Assembly: GCF_032444005.1 (NCBI RefSeq)
Contig: NC_091289.1
Location: 34,100,001-34,164,000, forward strand
Length of the DNA stretch: 64,000 nt
Direction: 5' to 3'
Origin: Ranitomeya imitator
Lineage: Eukaryota
The position numbers and the translations under genes are program-made. Numbering within the stretch: position 1 is the stretch's first letter; each line of letters starts with the position of its first letter. The notes beneath the pieces were generated by a model, which was not told the DNA's origin, searched no databases, and saw only the letters and a program-made list of their open reading frames with translations. Below, one piece after another: positions 47,686 through 60,082 of this stretch.

Positions 47686-50600
47686 TTAGGCCTTCGAAGC
47701 CTGTCTGCGGTCCCTTCTTTCTACAACTACTACACTGACCAGGCCACTGCTGGCCGTGTTACCCTGGAACCAATTTAAAAGTGCCTACAGTCAGCCCAAT
47801 TTTGTTATGTTAGGCCTTCGAAGACTGTCTGCCGTCACTCCTTCCACTAGACTTCCACTGACCATACACTGCTGCCCATGTACCCCTGGAACCAATTTAA
47901 AGTGCCTACAGCCAGCCCAATTTTGTTATGTTAGGCCTTCGAAGCCTGTCTGCGGTCACTCCTTCCACTAGACTTCCACTGACCAGACCACTGCTGCCCG
48001 TGTACCCCTGGAACCAATTTAAAAGTGCCTACAGCCAGCCCAAGTTTGTTATGTTAGGCCTTGGAAGCCTGTCTGCGGTCACTCCTTCCACTAGACTTCC
48101 ACTGACCAGACCACTGCTGCCCGTGTACCCCTGGAACCAATTTAAAAGTGCCTACAGCCAGCCCAAGTTTGTTATGTTAGGCCTTGGAAGCCTGTCTGCG
48201 GTCACTCCTTCCACTAGACTTCCACTGACCAGACCACTGCTGCCCGTGTACCCCTGGAACCAATTTAAAAGTGCCTACAGCCAGCCCAAGTTTGTTATGT
48301 TAGGCCTTGGAAGCCTGTCTGCGGTCACTCCTTCCACTAGACTTCCACTGACCAGACCACTGCTGCCCGTGTACCCCTGGAACCAATTTAAAAGTGCCTA
48401 CAGCCAGCCCAAGTTTGTTATGTTAGGCCTTCTAAGCCTGTCTGCGGTCCATTCTTTCAACTACTACTACACTGACCAGGTCACTGCTGCCCGTGTACCC
48501 CTGGAACCAATTTAAAATTGCCTACAGCCAGCCCAATTTTTTTATTTTAGGCCTTCGATGCCTGTCTGCGGTCCATTCTTTCAACTACTACTACACTGAC
48601 CAGGTCACTGCTGCCCGTGTACCCCTGGAACCAATTTAAAATTGCCTACAGCCAGCCCAATTTTTTTATTTTAGGCCTTCGATGCCTGTCTGCGGTCCAT
48701 TCTTTCAACTACTACTACACTGACCAGGTCACTGCTGTCCGTGTACCCCTGGAACCAATTTAAAATTGCCTACAGCCATGTGTTATTATTTTAGGCCTTC
48801 GATGCCTGTCTGCGGTCACTCCTTCCACTAGACTTCCACTGACCAGACCACTGCTGCCCGTGTACCCCTGGAACCAATTTAAAAGTGCCTACAGCCAGCC
48901 CAAGTTTGTTATGTTAGGCCTTCGATGCCTGTCTGCGGTCACTCCTTCCACTAGGCCTCCACTGACCACACCACTGCTGCCCGTGTACCCCTGGAACCAA
49001 TTTAAAATTGCCTACAGCCAGCCCAATTTTTTTATTTTAGGCCTTCGATGCCTGTCTGCGGTCCATTCTTTCAACTACTACTACACTGACCAGGTCACTG
49101 CTGCCCGTGTACCCCTGGAACCAATTTAAAATTGCCTACAGCCAGCCCAATTTTTTTATTTTAGGCCTTCGATGCCTGTCTGCGGTCCATTCTTTCAACT
49201 ACTACTACACTGACCAGGTCACTGCTGTCCGTGTACCCCTGGAACCAATTTAAAATTGCCTACAGCCATGTGTTATTATTTTAGGCCTTCGATGCCTGTC
49301 TGCGGTCACTCCTTCCACTAGGCCTCCACTGACCACACCACTGCTGTCCGTGTACCCCTGGAACCAATTTAAAATTGCCTACAGCCATGTGTTATTATTT
49401 TAGGCCTTCGATGCCTGTCTGCGGTCACTCCTTCCACTAGGCCTCCACTGACCACACCACTGCTGTCCGTGTACCCCTGGAACCAATTTAAAATTGCCTA
49501 CAGCCAGCCCAATTTTTTTATTTTAGGCCTTCGATGCCTGTCTGCGGTCCATTCTTTCAACTACTACTACACTGACCAGGTCACTGCTGTCCGTGTACCC
49601 CTGTAACCAATTTAAAATTGCCTACAGCCATGTGTTATTATTTTAGGCCTTCGATGCCTGTCTGCGGTCACTCCTTCCACTAGGCCTCCACTGACCACAC
49701 CACTGCTGCCCGTGTACCCCTGGAACCAATTTAAAATTGCCTACAGCCATGTGTTATTATTTTAGGCCTTCGATGCCTGTCTGCGGTCACTCCTTCCACT
49801 AGGCCTCCACTGACCACACCACTGCTGCCCGTGTACCCCTGGAACCAATTTAAAATTGCCTACAGCCAGCCCAATTTTTTTATTTTAGGCCTTCGATGCC
49901 TGTCTGCGGTCCATTCTTTCAACTACTACTACACTGACCAGGTCACTGCTGTCCGTGTACCCCTGGAACCAATTTAAAATTGCCTACAGCCATGTGTTAT
50001 TATTTTAGGCCTTCGATGCCTGTCTGCGGTCACTCCTTCCACTAGGCCTCCACTGACCACACCACTGCTGCCCGTGTACCCCTGGAACCAATTTAAAATT
50101 GCCTACAGCCAGCCCAATTTTTTTATTTTAGGCCTTCGATGCCTGTCTGCGGTCCATTCTTTCAACTACTACTACACTGACCAGGTCACTGCTGTCCGTG
50201 TACCCCTGGAACCAATTTAAAATTGCCTACAGCCATGTGTTATTATTTTAGGCCTTCGATGCCTGTCTGCGGTCACTCCTTCCACTAGGCCTCCACTGAC
50301 CACACCACTGCTGCCCGTGTACCCCTGGAACCAATTTAAAATTGCCTACAGCCAGCCCAATTTTTTTATTTTAGGCCTTCGATGCCTGTCTGCGGTCCAT
50401 TCTTTCAACTACTACTACACTGACCAGGTCACTGCTGTCCGTGTACCCCTGGAACCAATTTAAAATTGCCTACAGCCATGTGTTATTATTTTAGGCCTTC
50501 GATGCCTGTCTGCGGTCACTCCTTCCACTAGGCCTCCACTGACCACACCACTGCTGCCCGTGTACCCCTGGAACCAATTTAAAATTGCCTACAGCCAGCC

Positions 50601-52875
50601 CAATTTTTTTATTTTAGGCCTTCGATGCCTGTCTGCGGTCCATTCTTTCAACTACTACTACACTGACCAGGTCACTGCTGTCCGTGTACCCCTGGAACCA
50701 ATTTAAAATTGCCTACAGCCATGTGTTATTATTTTAGGCCTTCGATGCCTGTCTGCGGTCACTCCTTCCACTAGGCCTCCACTGACCACACCACTGCTGC
50801 CCGTGTACCCCTGGAACCAATTTAAAATTGCCTACAGCCAGCCCAATTTTTTTATTTTAGGCCTTCGATGCCTGTCTGCGGTCCATTCTTTCAACTACTA
50901 CTACACTGACCAGGTCACTGCTGTCCGTGTACCCCTGGAACCAATTTAAAATTGCCTACAGCCATGTGTTATTATTTTAGGCCTTCGATGCCTGTCTGCG
51001 GTCACTCCTTCCACTAGGCCTCCACTGACCACACCACTGCTGCCCGTGTACCCCTGGAACCAATTTAAAATTGCCTACAGCCAGCCCAATTTTTTTATTT
51101 TAGGCCTTCGATGCCTGTCTGCGGTCCATTCTTTCAACTACTACTACACTGACCAGGTCACTGCTGTCCGTGTACCCCTGGAACCAATTTAAAATTGCCT
51201 ACAGCCATGTGTTATTATTTTAGGCCTTCGATGCCTGTCTGCGGTCACTCCTTCCACTAGGCCTCCACTGACCACACCACTGCTGTCCGTGTACCCCTGG
51301 AACCAATTTAAAATTGCCTACAGCCATGTGTTATTATTTTAGGCCTTCGATGCCTGTCTGCGGTCACTCCTTCCACTAGGCCTCCACTGACCACACCACT
51401 GCTGTCCGTGTACCCCTGGAACCAATTTAAAATTGCCTACAGCCAGCCCAATTTTTTTATTTTAGGCCTTCGATGCCTGTCTGCGGTCCATTCTTTCAAC
51501 TACTACTACACTGACCAGGTCACTGCTGTCCGTGTACCCCTGTAACCAATTTAAAATTGCCTACAGCCATGTGTTATTATTTTAGGCATTCGATGCCTGT
51601 CTGCGGTCCATTTTTTCAACTACTACTACACTGACCAGGTCACTGCTGCCCGTGTACCCCTGGAACCAATTTAAAATTGCCTACAGCCATGTGTTATTAT
51701 TTTAGGCCTTCGATGCCTGTCTGCGGTCACTCCTTCCACTAGGCCTCCACTGACCACACCACTGCTGCCCGTGTACCCCTGGAACCAATTTAAAATTGCC
51801 TACAGCCAGCCCAATTTTTTTATTTTAGGCCTTCGATGCCTGTCTGCGGTCCATTCTTTCAACTACTACTACACTGACCAGGTCACTGCTGTCCGTGTAC
51901 CCCTGTAACCAATTTAAAATTGCCTACAGCCATGTGTTATTATTTTAGGCCTTCGATGCCTGTCTGCGGTCCATTCTTTCAACTACTACTACACTGACCA
52001 GGTCACTGCTGTCCGTGTACCCCTGGAACCAATTTAAAATTGCCTACAGCCATGTGTTATTATTTTAGGCCTTCGATGCCTGTCTGCGGTCACTCCTTCC
52101 ACTAGGCCTCCACTGACCACACCACTGCTGCCCGTGTACCCCTGGAACCAATTTAAAATTGCCTACAGCCAGCCCAATTTTTTTATTTTAGGCCTTCGAT
52201 GCCTGTCTGCGGTCCATTCTTTCAACTACTACTACACTGACCAGGTCACTGCTGTCCGTGTACCCCTGTAACCAATTTAAAATTGCCTACAGCCATGTGT
52301 TATTATTTTAGGCATTCGATGCCTGTCTGCGGTCCATTTTTTCAACTACTACTACACTGACCAGGTCACTGCTGCCCGTGTACCCCTGGAACCAATTTAA
52401 AATTGCCTACAGCCATGTGTTATTATTTTAGGCCTTCGATGCCTGTCTGCGGTCACTCCTTCCACTAGGCCTCCACTGACCACACCACTGCTGCCCGTGT
52501 ACCCCTGGAACCAATTTAAAATTGCCTACAGCCAGCCCAATTTTTTTATTTTAGGCCTTCGATGCCTGTCTGCGGTCCATTCTTTCAACTACTACTACAC
52601 TGACCAGGTCACTGCTGTCCGTGTACCCCTGTAACCAATTTAAAATTGCCTACAGCCATGTGTTATTATTTTAGGCCTTCGATGCCTGTCTGCGGTCCAT
52701 TCTTTCAACTACTACTACACTGACCAGGTCACTGCTGTCCGTGTACCCCTGGAACCAATTTAAAATTGCCTACAGCCATGTGTTATTATTTTAGGCCTTC
52801 GATGCCTGTCTGCGGTCCATTCTTTCAACTACTACTACACTGACCAGGGCACTGCTGGCCGTGTACCCCTGGAAC
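47686..52875. repeat. hAT 3' satellite of 120/123-bp units with a 243-bp higher-order dimer, ~43 units
   Basis: Unit TTAGGCCTTCGATGCCTGTCTGCGGTC...GTGTACCCCTGGAACCAATTTAAAATTGCCTACAGCC; TACAGCCAGCC recurs at 49861, 50104, 50347. Confidence 0.95.
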
Positions 52876-53344
52876 CAACATCAGAAAATATAAAAATAAG
52901 TATTTTGCTTATAAAAAAGAAAATACTGGTGAGATATCAAATGCAGACATTTTAACATTAAAAACAAACACACAACTCTAATCTGGTACAGTACTAAAAA
53001 TGGCCACCAGCTACAATTACTTTCTCCTGCAAGTAGTTAACTGAAAGTTTTTTTAAATTGAAAACACACATATGGCATCCACCGAGTGTTGTCCTGTCGC
53101 GTCTTCTTTATATTATTGCCGAGAAGATGCAAAATAATGAAAATAATAAAATCATTAATTACCAAAATAATAGAGAAAGTCAACACCACATTGCAAATAA
53201 ACATTCATTCCAAATAAAGAAGCAGGGCGCGTCCGAGGGTGAGTATATACCTAATAAGAATATAATCACCCTCGGACGCGCAATGCTTATTTCCAACAGC
53301 CTTCCTTCCTAAGAATCAGCCCTTCCGTCGTGTAGAGAGACGTT

Positions 53345-54560
53345 GTGTTACACTCCAAGGTGTTCCCCAGGTTGCCTTTCCTGAGCTTCGATCTTCCGGC
53401 TCTCGTTTAGTAGTTCTTGGAAACTACTCTGCATTAGGCCTTCAAATTGGGTATGGGGTGTAGAGAGATGGTGTGTTCCACTCCAAGGTGTTCCCCAGGT
53501 TGCCTTTCCTGAGCTTCGATCTTCCGGCTCTCGTTTAGTAGTTGTTGGAAACTACGCTGCATTAGGCCTTCAAATTGGGTATGGGGTGTAGCGAGAGGGT
53601 GTGTTACACTCCAAGGTGTTCCCCAGGTTGCCTTTCCTGAGCTTCGATCTTCCGGCTCTCGTTTAGTAGTTCTTGGAAACTACACTGCATTAGGCCTTCA
53701 AATTGGGTATGGGGTGTAGAGAGAGGGTGTGTTACACTCCAAGGTGTTCCCCAGGTTGCCTTTCCTGAGCTTCGATATTCCGGCTCTCGTTTAGTAGTTG
53801 TCGGAAACTACGCTGCATTAGGCCTACAAATTGGGTATGGGGTGTAGAGAGAGGGTGTGTTACACTCCAAGGTGTTCCCCAGGTTGCCTTTCCTGAGCTT
53901 CGATCTTCATGCTCTCGTTTAGTAGTTGTCGGAAACTACGCTGCATTAGGCCTACAAATTGGGTATGGGGTGTAGAGAGAGGGTTTGTTACACTCCAAGG
54001 TGTTCCCCGGGTTGCCTTTCCTGAGCTTCGATCTTCCGGCTCTCGTTTAGTAGTTGTTGGAAACTACGCTGCATTAGGCCTTCAAATTGGGTATGGGGTG
54101 TAGCGAGAGGGTGTGTTACACTCCAAGGTGTTCCCCAGGTTGCCTTTCCTGAGCTTCGATCTTCCGGCTCTCGTTTAGTAGTTGTTGGAAACTACGCTGC
54201 ATTAGGCCTTCAAATTGGGTATGGGGTGTAGCGAGAGGGTGTGTTACACTCCAAGGTGTTCCCCAGGTTGCCTTTCCTGAGCTTCGATCTTCCGGCTCTC
54301 GTTTAGTAGTTCTTGGAAACTACACTGCATTAGGCCTTCAAATTGGGTATGGGGTGTAGAGAGAGGGTGTGTTACACTCTAAGGTGTTCCCCAGGTTTCC
54401 TTGCCATTGCTTCGGTCTTCCGACTCTCGTTTAGTAGTTGTAGAAAAGTACACTGCATTAGGCCATACAAAATGGGTATGGGGTGGAGAGAGATGGTGTG
54501 TTACACTCCAAGGTGTTCCCCAGGTTGCCTTTCCTGAGCTTCTATCTTCAGGCTCTCATT
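53345..54560. repeat. hAT 3' satellite of 128-bp units, ~9.5 copies
   Basis: CACTCCAAGG at 53351, 53479, 53607. Confidence 0.95.
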
Positions 54561-55625
54561 AAATTGTGGTTAAATGGAACAACTGCATTTGGCGTACTAG
54601 TTGGTTTGGGGCCTACTATCGGTGTCTGCCACTCCTTGCTGTTCTCCTCCACTGAACAAAGCTGTGCCGCCTGTTTACTACGGTTGCCAATTTTGAACTG
54701 CATTTCGACTACTTACTGATTTGGCCCTACTCTCTGTGTCAGCCTCTCATTCCAGTTGTCCTCCACTGCAATGCCCCCTGGTTATTCCTGTGTTACCAAT
54801 TTTGAACTGCATTTAGCCCACTTTCTTCTTTGGGCCTATATCTGTGTTTCCACTTCATCGTGCCCATTGCCCAGCCAGTGATAGATGAGTCTGCTGGTAC
54901 ATTGACCCATAACGCAACATTCCCCGTGCACGCTACACAACAACATTGTGACCCTGCTGAAAGTCAGGTTGCTCTTCCCGCATACCATACCACCTTACAC
55001 GGGGACAAAGAGGAAGGTGCAGATGAAAGTGCAGGTTCCTTCATCAGGTGGGGGGAGGAATACTAGTTGGCGACGTCACTGGCACAGGGCCTCTCATAGT
55101 ACGCAAAAGTGTTGCTGCCGGTGGGAGGCGCCCCCGCCGTGCAAACACACCGCTGTACTTTGAGGGGCCCTGTGCCAGTGCCAATGCCAACGAGTGGGCC
55201 CCCCCTGCTTGCTCAGGTTCACAGCACTTGCAAAGTTGAAATACTTACCTCTCCCTGCTCCACTGCCGTGACGTGGTCCAGATTTCCTGGGCCCACTAAT
55301 TACTTGAACCAGCCCTACCCCCCACAACTTTAGCCAAATGACCCCCAATTTCAAATGCCTTCCAATTATTATAAGGTAAATTACGCTTGACAAGCTTCAT
55401 TAAGAAGAATGGATGGTTTTGACATTAAAATGGCCACTCTAGGTGTTTTCCTGGCCCCCACTCACTGCCGACTATGCTGCCCCATTGACTTGCATTGGGT
55501 TTCGTGTTTCGGTCGATCCCGACTTTACGTCATAATCGGCCGATTTCACTCGACCCGACTTTGGACATAGTCGGGTTTCGCAAAACCCGGCTCGACTCTA
55601 AAAAGGTCAAGGTCGCTCAACTCTA

Positions 55626-56455
55626 CTCACTAACACAGATTAGAAGAAGAGCTCACTAACACAGATTAGGAGAAGAGCTCACTAATACAGATTAGGAGAA
55701 GAGCTCACTAACACAGATTAGGAGAAGAGCTCACTAACTCAGATTAGAAGAGCTCACTAACACAGATTAGAAGAGGAGCTCACTAGCACAGATTTAGACA
55801 GATTTGTGAACAATATTTGAGAGAAACAAGCCTTTTGCTTACATAGAAAAACACAGATTAGGAGAAGAGCTCACTAACACAGATTAGGAGAAGAGCTCAC
55901 TAACACAGATTAGGAGAAGAGCTCACTAGCACAGATTAGGAGAAGAGCTCACTAACACAGATTAGAAGAAGAGCTCACTAACACAGATTAGGAGAAGAGC
56001 TCACTAACACAGATTAGGAGAAGAGCTCACTAACACAGATTAGGAGAAGAGCTCACTAACACAGATTAGGAGAAGAGCTCACTAGCACAGATTAGGAGAA
56101 GAGTTTACTAACACAGATTAGGAGAGGAGCTCACTAACACAGATTAGGAGAAGAGCTCACTAACACAGATTAGAAGAAGAGCTCACTAACACAGATTAGG
56201 AGAAGAGCTCACCAGCACAGATTAGGAGAAGAGCTCACTAACACAGATTAGAAGAGGAGCTCACTAACACAGATTAGAAGAAGAGCTCACTAATACAGAT
56301 TAGAAGAAGAGCTCACTAACACAGATTAGAAGAAGAGCTCACTAATACAGATTAGGAGAAGAGCTCACTAACACAGATTAGGAGAAGAGCTCACTAACAC
56401 AGATTAGGAGAAGAGCTCACTAACACAGATTAGAAGAGGAGCTCATTAGCACAGA
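55626..56455. repeat. 26-bp minisatellite, right part, with a duplicated unique spacer
   Basis: Same unit as 39685-40082; the ~60-bp segment GATTTAGACAGATTTGTGAACAATATTTGAGAGAAACAAGCCTTTTGCTT occurs at ~55790 and ~56453. Confidence 0.92.
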
Positions 56456-56522
56456 TTTAGACAGATTTGTGAACAATATTTGAGAGAAACAAGCCTTTTG
56501 CTTGCATAGAAAAAGTCTTAGA

Positions 56523-57499
56523 TAGGGTTGAGCGACCTTTACTTTTATAGGATCGGGTCGGGTTTCACGAAACCCGACTTTTTCAAAAGTCAGGTCGAGT
56601 GAAATCGGCCGATCCTATAAAAAAGTCGGGGTCGGGGTCGGCCAAAACTCGAAACCCAATGCAGTGCATTGGGTTTCCAATGGTTCCCAGGGTCTGAAGG
56701 AGCGGAAACTCTCCTTCAGGCCCTGGGATCCATATTTAAGTGTAAAATAAAGAATTAAAATAAAAAATATCGCTCTACTTACCCTCTGACGTGCCCTGGT
56801 ACTAACCGGGAACCTTCCTTCCTTCGAATCAGCGCTTCCAGGACATTGCGGTGACGTCGCGGTGACGTCGCGGCTTGTGATTGGTCGCGCGGCCGCCCAT
56901 GTGACCGCTCGCGCGACCAATCACAAGCCGCGACGTCACGCAAGGTCCTGCAAGCGCTGATTCTTAGGAAGGAAGGCTGCCGGAAAGAAGCAGGGCGCGT
57001 CCGAGGGTGAGTATATTCCTATTAGGTATATACTCACCCTCGGACGCGCCCTGCTTCTTTCCGGCAGCCTTGCTTCCTAAGAATCAGCGCTTGCAGGACC
57101 TTGCGTGACGTCGCGGTGACGTCGCGGCTTGTGATTGGTCGCGCGAGCGGTCACATGGGCGGCCGCGTGACCAATCACAAGCCGCGACGTCACCGCAAGG
57201 TCCTGCAAGCACTGATTAGAAGGAAGGAAGGTTCCCGGTTAGTACCAGAGCGCGTCAGAGGGTAAGTATAGCGATATTTTTTATTTTAATTCTTTATTTT
57301 ACATTAAATATGGATTCCGATACCGATTTTCGATATTGCAAACATATCGGAAATCGGGATCGGAATTCCGATACCACATTCAGAAGATCGCCGACTTCAT
57401 GGCCGACCCCACACAGGGGTCGGGTCAGGTTTCATGAAACCCGACTTTGCCAAAAGTCGGCAACTTCTGAAAGTGGCCGACCCGTTTCGCTCAACCCTA
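56523..57499 (-). mobile_element. 977-bp hAT MITE of the same TIR family, inverted relative to the autonomous copies
   Basis: TIRs TAGGGTTGAGCGA / TCGCTCAACCCTA; 8-bp TSD GTCTTAGA (56515-22, 57500-07). Left end resembles the autonomous 3' end and right end the autonomous 5' end; internal ~540-bp palindrome. Confidence 0.95.
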
Positions 57500-57903
57500 G
57501 TCTTAGATCTTTGAGTTCAGCTCATGAAAAATAGGAGTAAAAAAAAAGGGTTGCGCTTATATTTTGGGTCAGTGTAGCATATTTAGACAGTTGCAAGTGC
57601 CAAGTACTTATAAAAGTAATGCTGATAAAATATGTAAACTTTTTGTGCTTTGATGTGGATGGAGAGCTTTACCTCTACGAATGTTTCTATGCTGAGTGAT
57701 AAAAACTTTATTTATTTAACCATGAGGCACCTTGTGCAAAATAATTTAATTGGGTGCATGGCGGATCCATTGCTTTCGAATAATGGACAGTTAATTACAC
57801 AGGATAGTTTGACCTACTAATTGCATGATCTCAGTGATGTAATGACTGGTTATCTGCCTGGAAAATAAAAGGTTGCATTGTAACCATTGGTAATTATTAC
57901 TAC

Positions 57904-60037
57904 TAGGGTTGAGCGAAACGGGTCGAACATTTTCAAAAGTCGCCGACTTTTGGCTAAGTCGGGGTTTCATGAAACCCGATCCGACCCCTGTGCGTGGTCG
58001 GCCATGCGGTACGCGACTTTCGCGCCAAAGTCGCGTTTCAATGACGCGAAAAGCGCCATTTCTCAGCCAATGAAGGTAAACGCAGAGTGTGGGCAGCGTG
58101 ATGACATAGGTCCTGGTCCCCACCATCTTAGAGAAGGGCATTGCAGTGATTGGCTTGCTGTCTGCGACGTCACAGGGGCTATAAAGAGGCGTTCCCGCCG
58201 ACCGCCATCTTACTGCTGCTGATCTGAGCTTAGGGAGAGGTTGCTGCCGCTTTGTCAGAAGCAGGGATAGCGTTAGGCAGGGTCCATTAACCACAAAACC
58301 GCTTGTGCTGCAGCGATTTGCACTGTCCAACACCACCCTCGGTGTGCAGGGACAGTGGAATTTTTTTTTTTTTTTTTTTTCCCCTCAGCGCTGTAGCTCA
58401 TTGGGCTGCCCTAGAAGGCTCCCTGATAGCTGCATTGCTGTGTGTACGCCGCTGTGCAAACCAACTGCTTTTTTCAAAGCACAAATCCTCTTGTTCCTTC
58501 CTTTCTGCACAGCTATCTTTTTTGTTTGTCCACACTTTTTATTTCATTTGTGCATCAGTCCACTCCTTATTGCTGCCTGCCATACCTGGCTGAGATTACT
58601 GCAGGCAGGGAGATAGTAGCTGCCTGCCATACCTGGCTGAGATTACTGCAGGCAGGGAGATAGTAATTGTAGGACATTCCCTGTTTTTTTTTTTTTTTTT
58701 TTTTTTGGTGGGAGATTAAGATTGGCAATTTGGCATTTCTGCTAGAGTGCCATCCCTGTGTGTGCCATCTCTCTCACATAGTGGGCCATAGAAAGCCTTT
58801 TCATTTTTCTGTATTTTTTTTTGTGGGGTGTATAAATTCTCCCTGATAAAAATACAGTGGGAGATTAATATTGGCCTTTGGGCTTGTGTGCCAGTCCTGA
58901 GTGTGCCATCTCTCTCACAAATAGTGGGCCATAGAAAGCCTATTTATTTTTTTTTTTGGTTTTATAAATTCTCCCTGAAAAAAAGGGAGATTAATATTGG
59001 CCTCTGGGCTTGTGTGCCAGTCCTGAGCGTGCCATCTGTGCCAGCCCTGAGCGTGCCATCTCTCTCAGAAATAGTGGGCCATAGAAAGCCTATTTAATTT
59101 TTTTTTTTGTTTTATAAATTTTCCCTGAAAAAAGGGAGATTAATATTGGCCTCTGGGCTTGTGTGCCAGTTGTGAGCGTGCCATCTGTGCCAGTCCTGAG
59201 CGTGCCATCTCTCTCACAAATAGTGGGCCATAGAAAGCCTATTTAAATATTTTTTTGGTTTTATAAATTCTCCCAGAAAAAAAGGGAGATTAATATTGGC
59301 CTCTGGGCTTGTGTGCCAGTCCTGAGCGTGCCATCTGTGCCAGCCAGCCCTGAGCGTGCCATCTCTCTCACAAATAGTGGGCCATAGAAAGCCTATTTAA
59401 TTTTTTTTTTTGTTTTATAAATTTTCCCTGAAAAAAGGGAGATTAATATTGGCCTCTGGGCTTGTGTGCCAGTTGTGAGCGTGCCATCTGTGCCAGTCCT
59501 GAGCGTGCCATCTCTCTCACAAATAGTGGGCCATAGAAAGCCTATTTAAATATTTTTTTGGTTTTATAAATTCTCCCAGAAAAAAAGGGAGATTAATATT
59601 GGCCTCTGGGCTTCTGTGCCAGTCCTGAGCGTGCCATCTGTGCCAGTCCTGAGCGTCCCATCTCTCTCACAAATAGTGGGCCATAGAAAGCCTATTTTAT
59701 TTTTTTTTTGGGTTTCAGAAATTCTCCCTGGAAAAAAAAAGGGAGATTAATATTGCCCTTTGGGCTTGTGTGCCAGTACTAAGCGTTCCATCTCTCTCTC
59801 TCTCTCAGTCAGTGGGCCATAGAACGCATATTTTTGGTTTTATTTGTTTTCTAAATTCTCCCTGAAAAAATCATTTTATTTTATTTGGTTTCTAAATTCT
59901 TCCTGATAAAATCATATTTTTTTTATTATTTTTTTTTCTAAAGTCTCCCTGAAAAAAAAAAAAAAAAAACAACCAAAAAAACAGTGGGAGATTAATATTG
60001 GCCTTTCTGCTTGTGTGCCAGTCTTGACTCCTGGGTG

Positions 60038-60082
<45 letters not shown>

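Larger units (their letters stand above)
40083..55625 (+). mobile_element. Autonomous hAT DNA transposon, 15,543 bp
   Basis: TIRs TAGGGTTGAGCGA / TCGCTCAACTCTA; 8-bp TSD CTCACTAA (40075-82, 55626-33); intact transposase. Confidence 0.97.

Noticed and set aside
47928-49129. ORFs 47928-48515 and 48860-49129 (also 19340-19789, 41006-41275)
   Set aside because: Translations of tandem repeats; no domain motifs or splice context.
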